In this document: in pieces, positions 63,274-64,000 of the stretch | How positions within the stretch are numbered: the stretch's first letter is position 1 | How the letters are laid out: each line of letters opens with the position of its first letter | Assembly (NCBI GenBank): GCA_020137815.1 | Contig: CM035351.1 | Coordinates: 186,001 to 250,000, forward strand | DNA length: 64,000 nucleotides | Direction: 5' to 3' | Source: Hormiphora californensis | Lineage: Eukaryota > Animalia > Ctenophora | Position numbers and translations under genes: made by a program | Notes under the pieces: model-generated | Told to the model about the DNA's origin: nothing | The model's input: only the letters and a program-made list of their open reading frames with translations | Database searches by the model: none

Positions 63274-64000
63274 GATGTAGCTATAAGGAGGGGAATTTGG
63301 ATGAAATTAAAACTAATAATACGATTAAATACGATCATTAGTTTTAGTAGGTTGATCACAACACTGTATTGATTGATATAGTACACTACAGTACAACAAG
63401 AAATAACAGAGCAGTGAGCTATAAGGCTCTGAGGTATATCTTGAGGGTAGGAATGTTAGAATGCCAGATTTGTAAAGTTCGTACACGTGAGAAGAATCTT
63501 TGAAAAAAGAAAAAACTGGAAAACAAATAAGGCCATGGTTTCAAAACAGTAGATAAAAAACAAAATGAATGGACAGTAAAATATCAATATAAGGGAGCAA
63601 AGGAAGCTAGTTAAGTAGAGCTAAGTAGATAGAACGGGAGCTGCATGGCTTGACAAAAGGTGGTCTGCAAATGACGCACATAGCATGTACATGTGGGATC
63701 TCCCAATATGAGCGAGATACTGTTCAACAGATCTGAATATCTTTATCTGAAAATAGAGTCAGTAGTCACCCGAGTTTGGGTAGAAACTGGTACAAGTCAC
63801 ATGCCTAAACCTCGAATTTTAGAATGTTTAAAGAATCTGACTTTACCCTATTGGGTATTATTCTCCATGTTTTGAGTTCTCTCTCTCCAAGTTACTCTCA
63901 CTTCTCTTCTTGTTGAGTAAGGAGTGGTCTCAACAAATCTCTCCAAGTAACTCTCTATCTCCTCCTCTCTCACTTCTCTTCTTGTTGAGTAAGGAGTGGT

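Overview
Eukaryotic, intron-rich animal-type genomic DNA (GT-AG introns, a TTAGGG tract, (GA)n microsatellites; the taxon cannot be fixed from sequence alone). It comes from a long-read-like assembly with a 100-N gap and several noisy stretches. Genes spliced by hand: 3' part of a low-complexity/coiled-coil gene (+), a MARCH-type RING-CH E3 ligase (-), a lipoxygenase (+), a divergent Rheb (-), a small tail-anchored protein gene (+), an intronless BTB gene (-) and an atypical Rab-like GTPase (-). Mobile DNA: an L2/CR1-type LINE ORF2 split by a Transib-like MITE, two LINE-ORF1-only elements and several MITEs. Main signal: most large minisatellites are tandem amplifications of a gene landmark. 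Their 26-63 bp units straddle a real splice donor, splice acceptor or stop codon, so introns hold tens to over 100 decoy copies of their own splice site. Many other junctions carry 2-4-copy versions. Several acceptor arrays read AG|GT (recursive-splice-like) and one is frame-preserving. The long repeat ORFs in the ORF track are mostly by-products of these arrays.
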